Notes under the pieces: generated by a model
The model's database searches: none
Told to the model about the DNA's origin: nothing
The model's input: the letters and a program-made list of their open reading frames with translations, nothing else
Program-made: the position numbers and the translations under genes
Source: Octopus vulgaris
Lineage: Eukaryota
Assembly (NCBI GenBank): GCA_951406725.2
Contig: OX597818.1
Coordinates: 131,936,001-132,000,000 of the forward strand
Reading direction: 5' to 3'
DNA: 64,000 nucleotides
Shown here: piece after piece, positions 40,735 to 54,962 of the stretch
How positions within the stretch are numbered: position 1 is the stretch's first letter
How the letters are laid out: each line of letters starts with the position of its first letter

Positions 40735-41995
40735 ACTAGTATAATTACTATAGATGATAATTTATGTTTCTTTAACTCGTTTAAACGTATATTTAATCCA
40801 ACGTGGACATCCCATAGCCTGTTCTTGGCTATTGTTTATAATAGTATATTTAGAAAAGAAAATTTGGTACATTTCCTCCACACAAAAGTTACAACTATTA
40901 TCGCTTATTCTATAAGGTGTTGCTTTACTAATAATTTCCTAAGCAATCGAAAATACTTGGTTCTGTCTTTAAGTGCCCAAATTAGCGTACTAAGGCTGGT
41001 TGTATTCATTTTGTCCCTATTTCTAAATGAACTCAAATGATAGGCACTTTTCTGCTTAATATAACATGAGCTAGTTCCTGTATAGAAATATCCTCTATTC
41101 TCTGAGCTAATCTTATATCTGTATACGATGTTTTTATGTTTATAATCAGAGCCAAGCGGACAGACCCTGTACCTTGCACAACCGCAACTAATACTTTTAG
41201 TACTTCCATCGCTATCATCCACTTCACCAACTCTAGGTGTGATTTTTATGTTCTGTCTATCTTCAAAGCTATTAGTTCTCCCCACAGAGACAACACTCTG
41301 AGTACTTTGCCTTCTAGGATCATATCCACAACTTCCAAGCCAACTGTGGAGCTCCGTAGGGTATCTTCAACTCCATTGGTTGTCAAACCATAGTTCCTGA
41401 TACCCAGCTGTATCACCCACGGTATGTCCGCTCATGCTGACATGGTTGCTATTTATTTATAATTATAATTCTGGTTACTATGATTGCTACTACCCATATG
41501 GAAACTTTAAAATTTACTATCGTTGTGTGCAGCTATAATTTGTGCTAGATTTTTGCTATTACAGAAAGATAATCTAACCCGATTTTTATTTAAAATTCTA
41601 TAGTATTTACTACCTTTTGGAAAATGTTTAGTTATTACCGAATAAAATAATCTCGGTATATTGGAAATTATTTATTTGCCGACGGGAATTATATACTATT
41701 TGATATAGCTAGAAGTATTCATGATACTAAGGGATGTATTTCTATTTCTACTTACGCTTTTTGTAAAAGTGTGTAATATCTCTATCTGGTTCTTATTACG
41801 GCACTAGGTTTGTTTGCTTTTATGGACCAGTATGGTCCATCTCGCTACTTATATTATTTGTACTATTACGACTGTTAAGGAATTCTCATTTTTCTCTATA
41901 TCTCGCCTTCTCTAATGCGAAATTATAAAAGTCCTCAGTTTAAATACTTCCTCGTTCACTGAGAGTTTATCAATTCGGATTGATATGTTTTCTAC
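40735..41995 (-). pseudogene. Penelope-like element remnant (GIY-YIG endonuclease region)
   Basis: SCGCARYRVCPLG..KNIVYRYKI...YFYTGTS..IKQKSAYHLSSFRN..TTSLSTLIWALKD: CC motif plus VY...Y.G...H typical of Penelope; limits approximate. Confidence 0.8.
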
Positions 41996-42073
41996 TATTG
42001 ATCGGGTTGTACTTTTTGGGTAATTGCAATTTTAATGAATGTATCTAAGGTTTGAATTTGGTTTATGTTAAGG

Positions 42074-42184
<111 letters not shown>

Positions 42185-42247
42185 TAGATAGATAGATTGA
42201 CAGATAGATAGATAGTAAGACAAACAGACAGACAGATAGATAGATAA

Positions 42248-42322
<75 letters not shown>

Positions 42323-42323
<1 letters not shown>

Positions 42324-42646
42324 GTTTCTTTATTGGCCACACAGGGCTGCACACAGATGGGACAAGTTACAAGGTAGAGCTTTTCTTTTGGGGGATGAAA
42401 AAAACAAAAAACAAAAGAAACAAAAAAAAGGGGTGGTTTAGGTTTTCGATCAAGAGGGATCGTAAAAGGGAAGAAAAGAACAAAAAAAAATAAAAATAAA
42501 AAAGTAAAGGAAAAGGAACAAAAGAAAAGAGAAATGAAAAAAGAAGAAAAAAGGGGAAGAGGAAAAATAACGATCAATAGGGATCGTGTATCACAGTGCT
42601 ATGATATATGGTGTAAAGGGGAAAGCAAGTAAGGTTTATCCGTGGG
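42323..42646 (-). mobile_element. Non-LTR retroelement 3' end inside (GATA)n
   Basis: Ends aaagctctaccttgtaacttgtcccatctgtgtgcagccctgtgtggccaataaagaaact; GATA repeats on both sides; near-identical to 49775-49964. Confidence 0.75.
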
Positions 42647-42725
<79 letters not shown>

Positions 42726-43264
42726 GTGTATATTATATATATTACACACACACACTTGTACTTCCTATATTGCATCCGGGGGAGACATCTAGCCGTTAAA
42801 CAAAATACTAGTACTGGACTGGTATTTCATTTATATTCGCCTATCCTGAAAGTGAAAAAACCTTCTTAAAATCAGCGGGATTTCCGCTCAGAGTCCAGAG
42901 AACATGAACACAAATATCGCAAAACAAATTCGAGTGTATTTATGAAAAGACTTGATAATCTTATAAATGTCGTTTTTATCAAATAAAACCCCCTTCACTC
43001 TACAGTTGTCGTGTATAGATTACTTTTTATTGGATTGCGGTTCTTTTTGTCTCTACGAACAGATTCTTTATCCTTAAGCCATAAATGAGTTTTACTGTTT
43101 GTTTCGCTTCTCTTTTTTTTAAAGTGTGGCTGTGTGGTAAGAAGCTTGCTTCCCAATCACATGGTTCAGAGGTCAGTCCCGGGGAAGTGACTTCTACTAT
43201 AGCCTCGGGTCGACTAAAGCCGTGTGAGTGGATTTGGTCAACGGTAACTGGAAGAAGTCCGTCG

Positions 43265-43299
<35 letters not shown>

Positions 43300-43301
43300 C
43301 T

Positions 43302-43521
43302 TATTTCTTTACTACCCACAAGGGGCTAAACATAGAGGGGACAAACAAAGACAGACAAACGGGTTAAGTCGATTATATCGACCCCAGTGCGTAACTGGTA
43401 CTTAATTTATCGACCCCGAAAGGATGAAAGGCAAAGTCGACCTCGGCGGAATTTGAACTCAGAACGTAACGGCAGACGAAATACGGCTACGCATTTCGCC
43501 CGGCGTGCTAACGTTTCTGCC
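43302..43521 (-). mobile_element. SINE-B, TSD tatataatact
   Basis: TSD at 43291-43301 and 43523-43533. Confidence 0.9.
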
Positions 43522-44057
43522 ATATATAATACTAATCTCAAGGGCTGTTACTATCAGTAAAAGCCACACGCGCCGACTTCGAGGGAATTAAACTAGTAGT
43601 AATCCCTTCAATAAAATTTTTTTTAGTCGTATACCATTAATGATATCGTGATCACCATGTATTAGCATATTCTCCACTCGTCAATACGAACATAATCGGG
43701 AAATAAAAATACATAAACATCTGTACATACCATACGAACACAACGCATCCAGTAGAGCATATACAAATGTTTACACTTATATATCCAATGAAAGGAACCT
43801 CTGCTTAGTTCATCTCTCGCTACGTGTGTATAATCGAAATAATTCAAGACATATATATATATATAAACTTGGAGAAGAGAAATAACGCGTGCGTTCGGTC
43901 ATATACTAATATAATAAATAAATAAAATATATGCATATATACATACATATATGTACATACTTACATCTTTATTTAATGTAGGATAAATTTTTTTTCGAAA
44001 AAAAATTTTATCAATGGCCAGCATATTAAAAAATACCTTTAAAGGTTAAAATTATAA

Positions 44058-44497
44058 ACAACTTATAAATAAGGGCAAACGGAAAAATTTCTATTGCCAA
44101 ATATGCCGAAAATTGGACGTATTATCCATAACCATATAATTTTTCACAATACGCACGCTACTCAAAAAAAAAAAACCGACAGAAATTTCTTTAAAAATTC
44201 CATTATTACCATATCGGACCGATTTCAGGGTTAGTTACTTACTAATACCCATGGGTATGAGTAAGTATCTCATTTATTTCTTTGCTACATTTATCACTGA
44301 CGAAGGGAGGGTTCTTACGAACTAACCCTGAAATCGGTCCGATATGGTAATAATGGAAAATTTTAGAAATTTCTGTCGGTTTTTTTTTTTCGAGTAGCAT
44401 GCGTATTGTGAAAAATTATATGGTTATGGATAATATGTCCAATTTTCGGCATATTTGGCATTAGAAATTTTTTCGTTTGCCCTTATTTATAAGTTGT
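44058..44497. repeat. ~180-bp inverted repeat (44058-44236 / 44320-44497) with hammerhead motif, Penelope-like
   Basis: Arms are near reverse complements; spacer holds a 32-bp palindrome and CTGACGA..GAAA TCG GTC. Confidence 0.85.
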
Positions 44498-44985
44498 ATA
44501 TATATATATAAATATATATTCTTGTTTATTTTTATTTCTCGTATTGTATTATCTTGTATTTTATTTTGTATTTTTATTTGTATCGTTTTTACGTCCTGTT
44601 TGTTACATTTTTTCTTTCTTTGTTTTTACCCCTCTGCGAAGTAATTTTATTTTAATTCTCTCGCAGGAAGGACTAGTTTGGCGAGTCGTGTTCTGTCTTA
44701 CCTTTGAAACACGCTAGAGTTGAACTAGAGACAGCTGATGAAGGGGATTTTTCCTTGTGTAGTTTGCCTTGTACTCTGTTTTTCTGTTGTAAAAAAATGG
44801 TTTGTTCCATGCTTGTTTTTCCGTTTTCGTTTCTCGTTGAGTTCTACGTCTAGTTGTGGTGTCCTGTACTCACGTATATATATTTATATATGCATGTATA
44901 TATACATGTAGATGTAGGTACGGACATATATGTATGTATGTATGCATATATTTTATTTATTACACTATATATATATACATATATG

Positions 44986-45044
<59 letters not shown>

Positions 45045-45554
45045 ATGTGTATGTATGTATGTGTGTGTGTGTGTCAATGGGTCTGTTTGTTCCCCTCCCT
45101 GCCACTATCACCACCTGATAATGGGTGTTAGTGTGTTTACGTCCCCGTTACATAGCAGCTCGGCCTTAAGAGAGACCGACAGAATAAGTACCAGACTTAA
45201 GAACAAAATAAGTTACGAGGATCGATACAGTTCTATATTTAAGAGATTAGGAATTATGTACATTATTTACATTTGACGGATATTTGTCCTCATCTTTTTT
45301 GTTGTTAACACAACGTTTCGGCTGATATACCCTCTTGTACCTGTTTCAGTTATTTGACTTCGGCCATGCTGGAGCACCGCCTGATATAATAAGAGTAGAA
45401 ATTAATATTATTAAATAATATCAATTTTATCTAGTCCGAGGATGTCCGAGGACCGTGAATTCTATTTAAACATAAGCAATATCAGCGAGATCACTATACG
45501 GTTTGACGTCTATTTTTAGCATACAAGGGATCCATATAGTGATCTCTGATATTG

Positions 45555-45586
<32 letters not shown>

Positions 45587-45588
<2 letters not shown>

Positions 45589-45783
45589 GGGAAGGTTTGC
45601 GAAAATAAACAAAAGACGAAGGCAGGTGGAGTACAAACAAACAAATGTATTAGTATGGCGCTCAGGAATAGAAATAGAACAAGTCTTTTATGTTTCGAGC
45701 CTACGCTCTTCGACAGAAAGATACACAAAAAAGAAACAAGAAGAGTAAAAAATGCGTGTAGGAGCTAACGGTCCATCATGGCG
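45587..45783 (-). mobile_element. Penelope pLTR-like repeat with hammerhead motif (~45684-45721)
   Basis: Minus strand UCUUU CUGUCGA A GAGC GUAG GCUC GAAAC AUA AAAGA. Confidence 0.6.
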
Positions 45784-46119
45784 TATATATTACGTCATAC
45801 GCAAACAAACATAAGTTTGTTTTTTTCTTTGAAGCACTGAAATGTATTGTAGTATAAGTAGAAAGATATATTTTTCAACACGTAAATACTGATAGAACAC
45901 CATACAGAATACACTATATACGCTATCAGCAACAGATTTTTCTGTTCTGTAAGGATTTGCTCTGTTCTATCAGTATTCACGCGTTCAAAAAATACATCTT
46001 TCTATTTATACTATATATAAGAATTTGTATATCCATATGTATATTAAAATTTACCCTGTTTATAAATATACTACATAGGTTATATCATAGCTAAATATTT
46101 TACAGGCCGCTGATTTTCT

Positions 46120-46600
46120 TTTCTACTCTAGGCACAAGGCCCGAAATTTTGGAGGAGGGGCGAGCAGTCGAATAGACCGACCCAGTAGGCGACTGGTACT
46201 TAATTTATCGACTCCGAAAGAATGAAAAGCAAAGTTGACGTAGACAAAATTTGAACTCAGAACGTAAAAACAGACGAAATACCTATTTCTTTACAACCCA
46301 CAAGGGGCTAAACACAGAGAGGACAAACAAGGACAGACAAACGGATTAAGTCGATTACATCGACCCTAGTGCGTAACGGGTACTTAATTTATCGACCCCG
46401 AAAGGATGAAAGGCAAAGTCGATCTCGGTATTTCGTCTGCCGCTACGTTCTGAGTTCAAATTCCGCCGAGGTCGACTTTGCCTTTCATCCTTTCGGGGTC
46501 GATTAAATAAGTACCAGTTACGCACTGTAATCGACTTAATCCGTTTGTCTGTCCTTGTTTGTCCTCTCTGTGTTTGGCCCCTTGTGGGTAGTGAAGAAAT
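46120..46600. mobile_element. SINE-B composite: two minus units then an inverted plus unit
   Basis: Junction gaaatac|ctatttc at ~46281; orientation flips at 46427 (ggtatttcgtctgcc). Confidence 0.85.
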
Positions 46601-47143
46601 AAGTATGCTTTGACAAAATTATTTTAGGAATGCACGCATTTGCACAGTCGCTAACAAAGTCCCCCCCCCCCACCTTTTTGGTTCTAAGTATTCATACCCC
46701 GGTGAAATTAAGGAATCAACTCGTAAATACACGAAACCTTCGAATCCATCACTGTACACACACACGTGCGCGTGCACACACACACACACACAAACACAAC
46801 TGCATATCTGTGTACGTATGTATGTACCCACACGTGTCCACGCGCACATGTACACCATGCTTAGCGGCATTTCTTTCGGCTCTTTACGTCCTGCGTTCAA
46901 ATCCCGTAAGTTTCAAAGCTTGCGTTTCATCTCTTCGGAGGTTGATAAAATAAAATATCAGTCAAGCACTGGGGGGGGTTAATGTAATGTAATCGACTTG
47001 TCCCCCCCCCCACTTTAAATTGCTGGTCTTCAATCTTGCAACAGATCGGTGTCCCGTTCAGGGAAATGTGATCTCCTCTGTCAGTTAGTTTTTATACACC
47101 ATGGGTTGAATGAAGCCAGCTCAACCCACCCCGGGTGAATGCT

Positions 47144-47174
<31 letters not shown>

Positions 47175-47976
47175 TACACCATGGAAACCGGTTTTACGAG
47201 TCCTAGGGCTTAAGAGAATTAGAAAAAAAAAGACCTCACAAAACAAAACAAAAAACAGTCTGAAATGAGGTGAAATGAAATGTCAACACGCTGCTCGGTC
47301 CAGAAACTGAGCCCACAATTTTAGGAGCATGAACCGAGCACCCCTAACCACTACGCCTTGGCACCTACGATGCTAAATAGCTGACGCAAACTAATCATCG
47401 TGCAGAGATAAAAAAAAACGCAGTTAAAGGTGAAATTATAAAAGAACAGAAAAAAAAAAATGCATTTATGCTCATAACACATGATTTATGAAGGTTGGTT
47501 TGGCAGGCGTTCTGTTGTGTAATCGGTGACATGATCGCTTATCAAGCGATACGTGGTTCTTGATTGAGTCACTGAACCTCCTTCTTTGGTGTGTCTCAAA
47601 ATGCATTTTTTTTCTTCTAAAGTTTGATATAATTTTACGTTGAAAATCCTACCTTTTTTTGTCTATTCATGATTCAATTCATGCCGTTACGTCTCGTCAT
47701 AATTATGGAAACTTGTTGAGGCACCATGCCTTACCTTGTCAGTGTTTTATAGCAGTTGCACGTTCTTAGTTACTAGTGTGTATAATGTTTGATATTTGTA
47801 TGTAAATTGTAATTTCAGTTGGTGATCGGATCACACCAGCGGGCCTGACGTTCTTTTCTGTGCATTTATGTATGTATGTATGTATGTATGTATGTATGTA
47901 TGTATGTATGTATGTATGTATGTATGTATGTATGTATGTATACACGCGTATATATACACTGATATATATATATATA

Positions 47977-48485
47977 CGTTAGCACGCCGGGCGAAATGCT
48001 TTGCAGTATTCCGTCTGCCGTTACGTTCTGAGTTCAAATTCCGCTGAGGTCGACTTTGCCTTTCATCCTTTCGGGGTCGATAAATTAAGTACCAGTTGCG
48101 TACTGGGGTTGATATAATCGACTTAATCCCTTTGTCTGTCCTTGTTTATCCCCTCTATGTTTAGCCCCTTGTGGGTAGTAAAGAAATAGATATATATATA
48201 TGTGTATATATATATCTGTATATATGTGTGTGTGTGTGTGTGTTTCTGTGTATATATATATATATGTGTGTGTGTGTATTTGTGTGTCTATTCCTCAACA
48301 TCGCTTGACAACCGATGCTTGTGTGTTTACGTCCCCGTAACTTAGCTGTTCGACAAAAGAGACCGATAGAATAAGTACTAGGCTTACAAAGAATAAGTTC
48401 TCGGGTCGATTTGCTCGGCTAAAGGCGGTGCTCCAGCATGGCCGCAGTCAAATGACTGAAAGACCGAAACAAAAGAATAAAAGAA
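47977..48485 (+). mobile_element. SINE-B (47977-48189) followed by 3' half of SINE-A (48280-48485)
   Basis: Matches to both family consensuses. Confidence 0.85.
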
Positions 48486-49054
48486 TATATATATATATGT
48501 ATGTATGTATGTTTGTATGTATGTATGTATGTATGTATGTATGTATGTACGTGTATATATAATTTGTATATGAGTGTGTGCTTGGTGCATTATACATACC
48601 TGCGCGTAGATATGGAAGCATATTAATTTACATTATGATATATACCTATATAAATGCATATATGCGTATGTATCTCAAAATATTTTCGGATACCAAATCT
48701 CTTTTCAAATGATGTACTTCTCAATTTGACTTTTTTATTCGTCCCGGGTCCATAAAACAGAATGTTGCCAAGACAATTCTGGCTTGTATCAAAAGTCCAC
48801 ATGAGTCCCATTGCATAAAACAAAAAAAAAAAAAAGAAAAGAAAGAAAAAAATAAAAAGAAAATGTGCGTTGCGCCTGAAAAAAGAAATCAATATTTAAA
48901 TGTTTTCTTTAGAAAAATTGCAAGTATAAATTTTAGCAATTCATATTCAAATGTTTGTTATTTGTCTCTGTCTGTCAGACAATCAGCCTTCCCTAACTTG
49001 TCTGCCCAACAAACGAAATTAACTTACTAAACCTCCCTCTCTCCCACTCTACCC

Positions 49055-49135
<81 letters not shown>

Positions 49136-49138
<3 letters not shown>

Positions 49139-49247
49139 TGATCACTATCTTACATTTATTTTCTTTTTTTCCACCCTCGAAAAGAAAAGCTCTACATTTG
49201 TATTTGTCCCCTCTGTATTCAGCCCTGTGTGGCTAATAAAAGAAAGT
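49136..49247 (+). mobile_element. Short, diverged copy of the (TATC)n-associated retroelement 3' end
   Basis: aaagaaaagctctacatttgtatttgtcccctctgtattcagccctgtgtggctaataaaagaaag, with TATC repeats on both sides. Confidence 0.7.
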
Positions 49248-49377
49248 TATCTATCTATCTATTCGAGGGTCTATCTCTATATCTTTGACTGTCTCTATGT
49301 CTATATCACTTTTTTTTGTATATAATCTACTTTCTTCATTTCCTTCTGCCACCATTTCTTTGTTATGGTCTTCTAAC

Positions 49378-49535
<158 letters not shown>

Positions 49536-49774
49536 CTGTCCGTCCGTCCGTCCATCCGTCTGTCATTATTATTTTTTTAAACAATAATAATGTTGATGGT
49601 GATTTAGAAGTTTCGACCAGCTTAGTCTTCATCGGACTGTCCGATGAACTGGCAAAAACTTCGATGTCACTCTCTGCAATTTTGTTAAAGAATAATAAAT
49701 ATGCACTTCAGTTTAATGTAAAATTACCTTTATTATGTATAACTCGACATAAAACATATCTACCTATCTATCTA

Positions 49775-50138
<364 letters not shown>

Positions 50139-50270
50139 CTGTTTCTATTTTAATTTTTTTCGCTTTTATTTAATTTATTATTATTATTATTTTTTTTGCT
50201 ATTTGTACATTTCTTTTTCTCAGTGTTTTACTGTTTCTGTTTTTCTCTCCTCTCAGCACTTTTACCGTTA

Positions 50271-50335
<65 letters not shown>

Positions 50336-50399
50336 CATTATTTATTTATTTATTATCATCATCATCATCATTATCATAATTAATATTGTTATTATTATC

Positions 50400-50449
<50 letters not shown>

Positions 50450-50539
50450 CATTATTTAGTTATCTATTTATTTATTATCAAAAGTGCTATTAGGTATTGA
50501 AGAAATAAACGAATTACAGTTTTCTACATTGCCGCGTCC

Positions 50540-50542
<3 letters not shown>

Positions 50543-50591
<49 letters not shown>

Positions 50592-50733
50592 GAAGAGGAG
50601 AGACAGAGAGAGAGTGTGAGAGAGGAAGGGTGAGAGACAGGATAGAGAAAGAATGAATCTGAAAGCAAAGAAATAAAATCTGGATCAGATTGAAAGAAAA
50701 GTAGAAAGTGAGGGAGAAAGAGAGAGAGAGAGC

Positions 50734-50772
<39 letters not shown>

Positions 50773-51110
50773 AGAAGGGGGAAGAAACCAAGCAGTCTAA
50801 AAAAAAAATATAAAATTTTATAAAAAAAATATTAGAAGTGAAAAAAAATAAAAAAAGAAGAAAAAGCGAGCAAGAGACAACTCATATCGGAAACTTTATT
50901 ATAGCAAATATGCGCATCCATAGTAAACGGTCGATGCCCGTTCATCGTGTGGTGGAAATTAGCATCACTTAGTCGATGCTGTTGGAGAATGATGGGTAAT
51001 TTAAATGGCGCTGTAGCTCAGTTGAAGGACACCATCTAGTTACAAAAAAAAAAAAAAAAAAAAAAAGAAAGCTGCAAAGTTTCAGAATTGTTTTCTTTTG
51101 TAAAGAACTG
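50543..51110 (+). promoter_or_regulatory. Possible GA-repeat promoter and non-coding first exon
   Basis: Long (GA)n tracts, then unique CpG-containing sequence ending at a strong donor ctg|gtaagta (51111); two short uORF-like frames. Confidence 0.3.
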
Positions 51111-51234
51111 GTAAGTACTTCTTATTTAAACTTTGCTATATATATATATATAAAATGTGTTTAACGGCACTGTTTTGCCAAGTGATCCATGATTATTTTT
51201 TTTTCACCGACCGTTGGTTGTAAGAGTGAGAGAA

Positions 51235-51284
<50 letters not shown>

Positions 51285-51584
51285 GGAGAGAGTGAGTGAG
51301 TGAGATATATATATATATATATAAAGATAGAGAGAGCTAGGTTTCCAGATGTCCTGAGAAAAAAACACGGGACACGTTCAATGTCTATCTAGCTTCTAAA
51401 ACGGTAAAACCGAAAGTGAAACTACGTGAAGAGGAAAGAGAAAAAAAGAAATACACGTGTAAAAAACATTTAACTAAATTGAAGACATAGGGAAAATAAA
51501 ACGTTAAAAGCTTTGCTTCATTATAAACAAAGACTCTGAATTGATGTCAACGTTTCTGTGATTAATTCAGCTGGAGCATATGTC

Positions 51585-51587
<3 letters not shown>

Positions 51588-51639
<52 letters not shown>

Positions 51640-51675
51640 TACATACATACATACATACATACATACATACATACA

Positions 51676-51709
<34 letters not shown>

Positions 51710-51905
51710 CATACACACACGTACATACATACATGCATAAATATATTTGTATAAATCCATATGTATGCATATGTGTGTATGTATATGTTTGCACGTATGT
51801 TTATTTGTGTGCACGTATGTTTATGTCTGTAGATACATAGTTGTATACATGTAGTTAACACATTTATACATACACACAAATGCATATACATACATACATA
51901 TATAT

Positions 51906-51954
<49 letters not shown>

Positions 51955-52593
51955 ATATAGTCATATATGTATACATTGTGACATGTATACATACAACTAC
52001 TGAATGGGTCTTTTTTTCTGAATACATACACGCACACACAAACACACCCGCATATGCATAAACACACACACATATACATAAACACACACACACATACATA
52101 CACACTAATAGTTACTACAAAATAAGGGAATTAACGACACACAGGCTTGTATTGCATTGCAAAAGAAAAATAAAATAAAAGTTATATATACATACACTTA
52201 CGCACACATTCACTTTCTCACACACAAGACATACATAACGTAATCTCTATACACATACAACACAAACATATGTACGTACATACATACATACATACATACA
52301 TACATACATACATACATACATGTGTATATATATATATATATATCAAAGTGCGCATGTATGTATGTATAATGTCATTTGCTATACTCTACGATATTTGTCA
52401 TCTTTCAGGAAAAAAAGTTGGTTGTACTGATTGTTCTTATACTTTTAATAGCTTCCGTCTAAAAGTTCAACTAAGAAATTAAATAAAAAAAATCTATCAG
52501 AAATTAACTTTCACTTTCATTTCAAATTACCATTGTTTTTATTTTTGTAATCTGTTGAAATTATTATCATCATCATCATCATCATTATTATTA

Positions 52594-52672
<79 letters not shown>

Positions 52673-53264
52673 CGTCGTCGTCATCATCATCATCATCATC
52701 ATTCGTTTGTCATTCCAAACTTTAATGATGTAACAACTCCAACAACGATGACAATAATAACAACAACAACAATAATAATAACAACAACAACAACTAATTA
52801 TGCAAGTGAACTTCTGAGATAGGTCTTAAATGCTTTCAGTTTGAAAACAATTGCTCAATATTGTAAAGAAGTATTCTTCCATTGATTAGAAAGGAGTAAA
52901 AATGAAAAAAAAAAAAATGTTCGTTCGTGTGTATATGTATAACGTATGTATGTATGTATGTATGTATGTATGTATGTATGTATGTATGTATGTATGTATG
53001 TATGTATGTATGTATGTATGTATGTATGTATGTATTATGCATGCATGTGTGTGTATGTATGTATGTATGTATGTATGTATGTATGTATGTACGTATGTAT
53101 GTGTGTATGTGTGTATGTATGTATGTATGTGTGCATGTATGTATGTGTGTGTGTATGTATGTATGTATGTATGTATGTATGTATCTGTGTATGTATGTAT
53201 GTATGTATGCATATGTATGTATGTATGTATGTATGTGTGTGTGTATGTATGTATGTATGTATGC

Positions 53265-53295
<31 letters not shown>

Positions 53296-53402
53296 TGTAT
53301 GTATGTATGTATGTATGTATGTATGCATATGTATGTATGTATGTGTGTGTGTATGTATGTATGTATGTATGTATCTGTGTATGTATGCATATGTATGTAT
53401 GC

Positions 53403-53433
<31 letters not shown>

Positions 53434-53676
53434 TGTATGTATGTATGTATGTATGAGCAAATATGCGCTTTGTACGAACGAATCCATTTCTCTGCGTTGG
53501 TTTAATTTTGCAAAAACAACATTTTACGTTTTTTGTAAGTATGTTTTAAGGTGCATTTTTGCAAAATCTTCTTCTGCTAAAAAAAAAAACCCACCAAGCT
53601 TTTCAGTCCCGACGGCAATACATAGAAAGAACAACAACAATAACAACAACAATAATAAATAATAACAATGATGATA

Positions 53677-53729
<53 letters not shown>

Positions 53730-53785
53730 TGATGATGATGATGATGATGATGATAATAATAATAATAATGATAATAATAATAATA

Positions 53786-53817
<32 letters not shown>

Positions 53818-53833
53818 AATAATAAATAATAAT

Positions 53834-53893
<60 letters not shown>

Positions 53894-53993
53894 TGATGAT
53901 GATGATGATGATAAATAAGTAATAGGATACAGCAAGTTTTTCCTGTATATTATGAAATCGGAGGTCCGATAAGTTTCTTTGCTTTCGTGCAAT

Positions 53994-54024
<31 letters not shown>

Positions 54025-54592
54025 TTCATAAATATTTTACTCTTTCGCTCGCCTTGTTTTCCTCACAATTGCTTGCAAGCACACACGCACGCACAAACGG
54101 ACACACAGCAGAATAGCCACTTTACTTGTGCATACGTACGTATATATATATATATATATATACCCATACACACATACATATAATATATATACATAGACAT
54201 ATTATATATAATCACACACACACACATACACATGCATCACGTATGCGTATGTAAGTGTGTTGCGTGTGTGAATGCGCGCGATGACACCGTTTGTTCGAAT
54301 TCATCATATTCAGCGCCGCTCATAAATAGATATGATATAGATTTTAAAACAAAAATGCTAATATCTTGGCGATAGAGTGCAGATAAATTGCATGCATGCT
54401 ATCTTCACTTGAAAATCATTAATTTATATATGTATTTTGATAGTTTCCCGTTTAGCTTTCAATTAAATGTCAATCTAAAATTTAATTAAACCAGTTTATA
54501 AGTTAGTTGTGTATGTAAGCACGGATGTGTGTGCGTGCGCGTGTGTATGCGTGTGGATACGTATGTGTGTAGTGATTATGTGTAATTAATTG

Positions 54593-54627
<35 letters not shown>

Positions 54628-54833
54628 ATCTGTGTGTCTGTATGTATGCATGTATGTATATACACGCGCATATAACTGTATGTTATTGTGTGTGTGTGCG
54701 TACATATTACAGGTGAAACATGTACATATTCACACATAGCAATCTATATACACGTCTATATACACACAACCTCTCATTTCTCTTTCCCTCTGTGTGTATG
54801 TTTGCATGTGCGCATATATATATATATACATAC

Positions 54834-54866
<33 letters not shown>

Positions 54867-54889
54867 CATATATATACATACATACATGC

Positions 54890-54962
<73 letters not shown>

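Noticed and set aside
44700-44750. GAAAC and CTGATGA close together
   Set aside because: Could not build helices I and III or a cleavage triplet; at most a decayed pLTR piece.
51007-51040. ggcgctgtagctcagttg resembles a tRNA 5' end
   Set aside because: No anticodon arm, T-arm/B box or acceptor complement follows.
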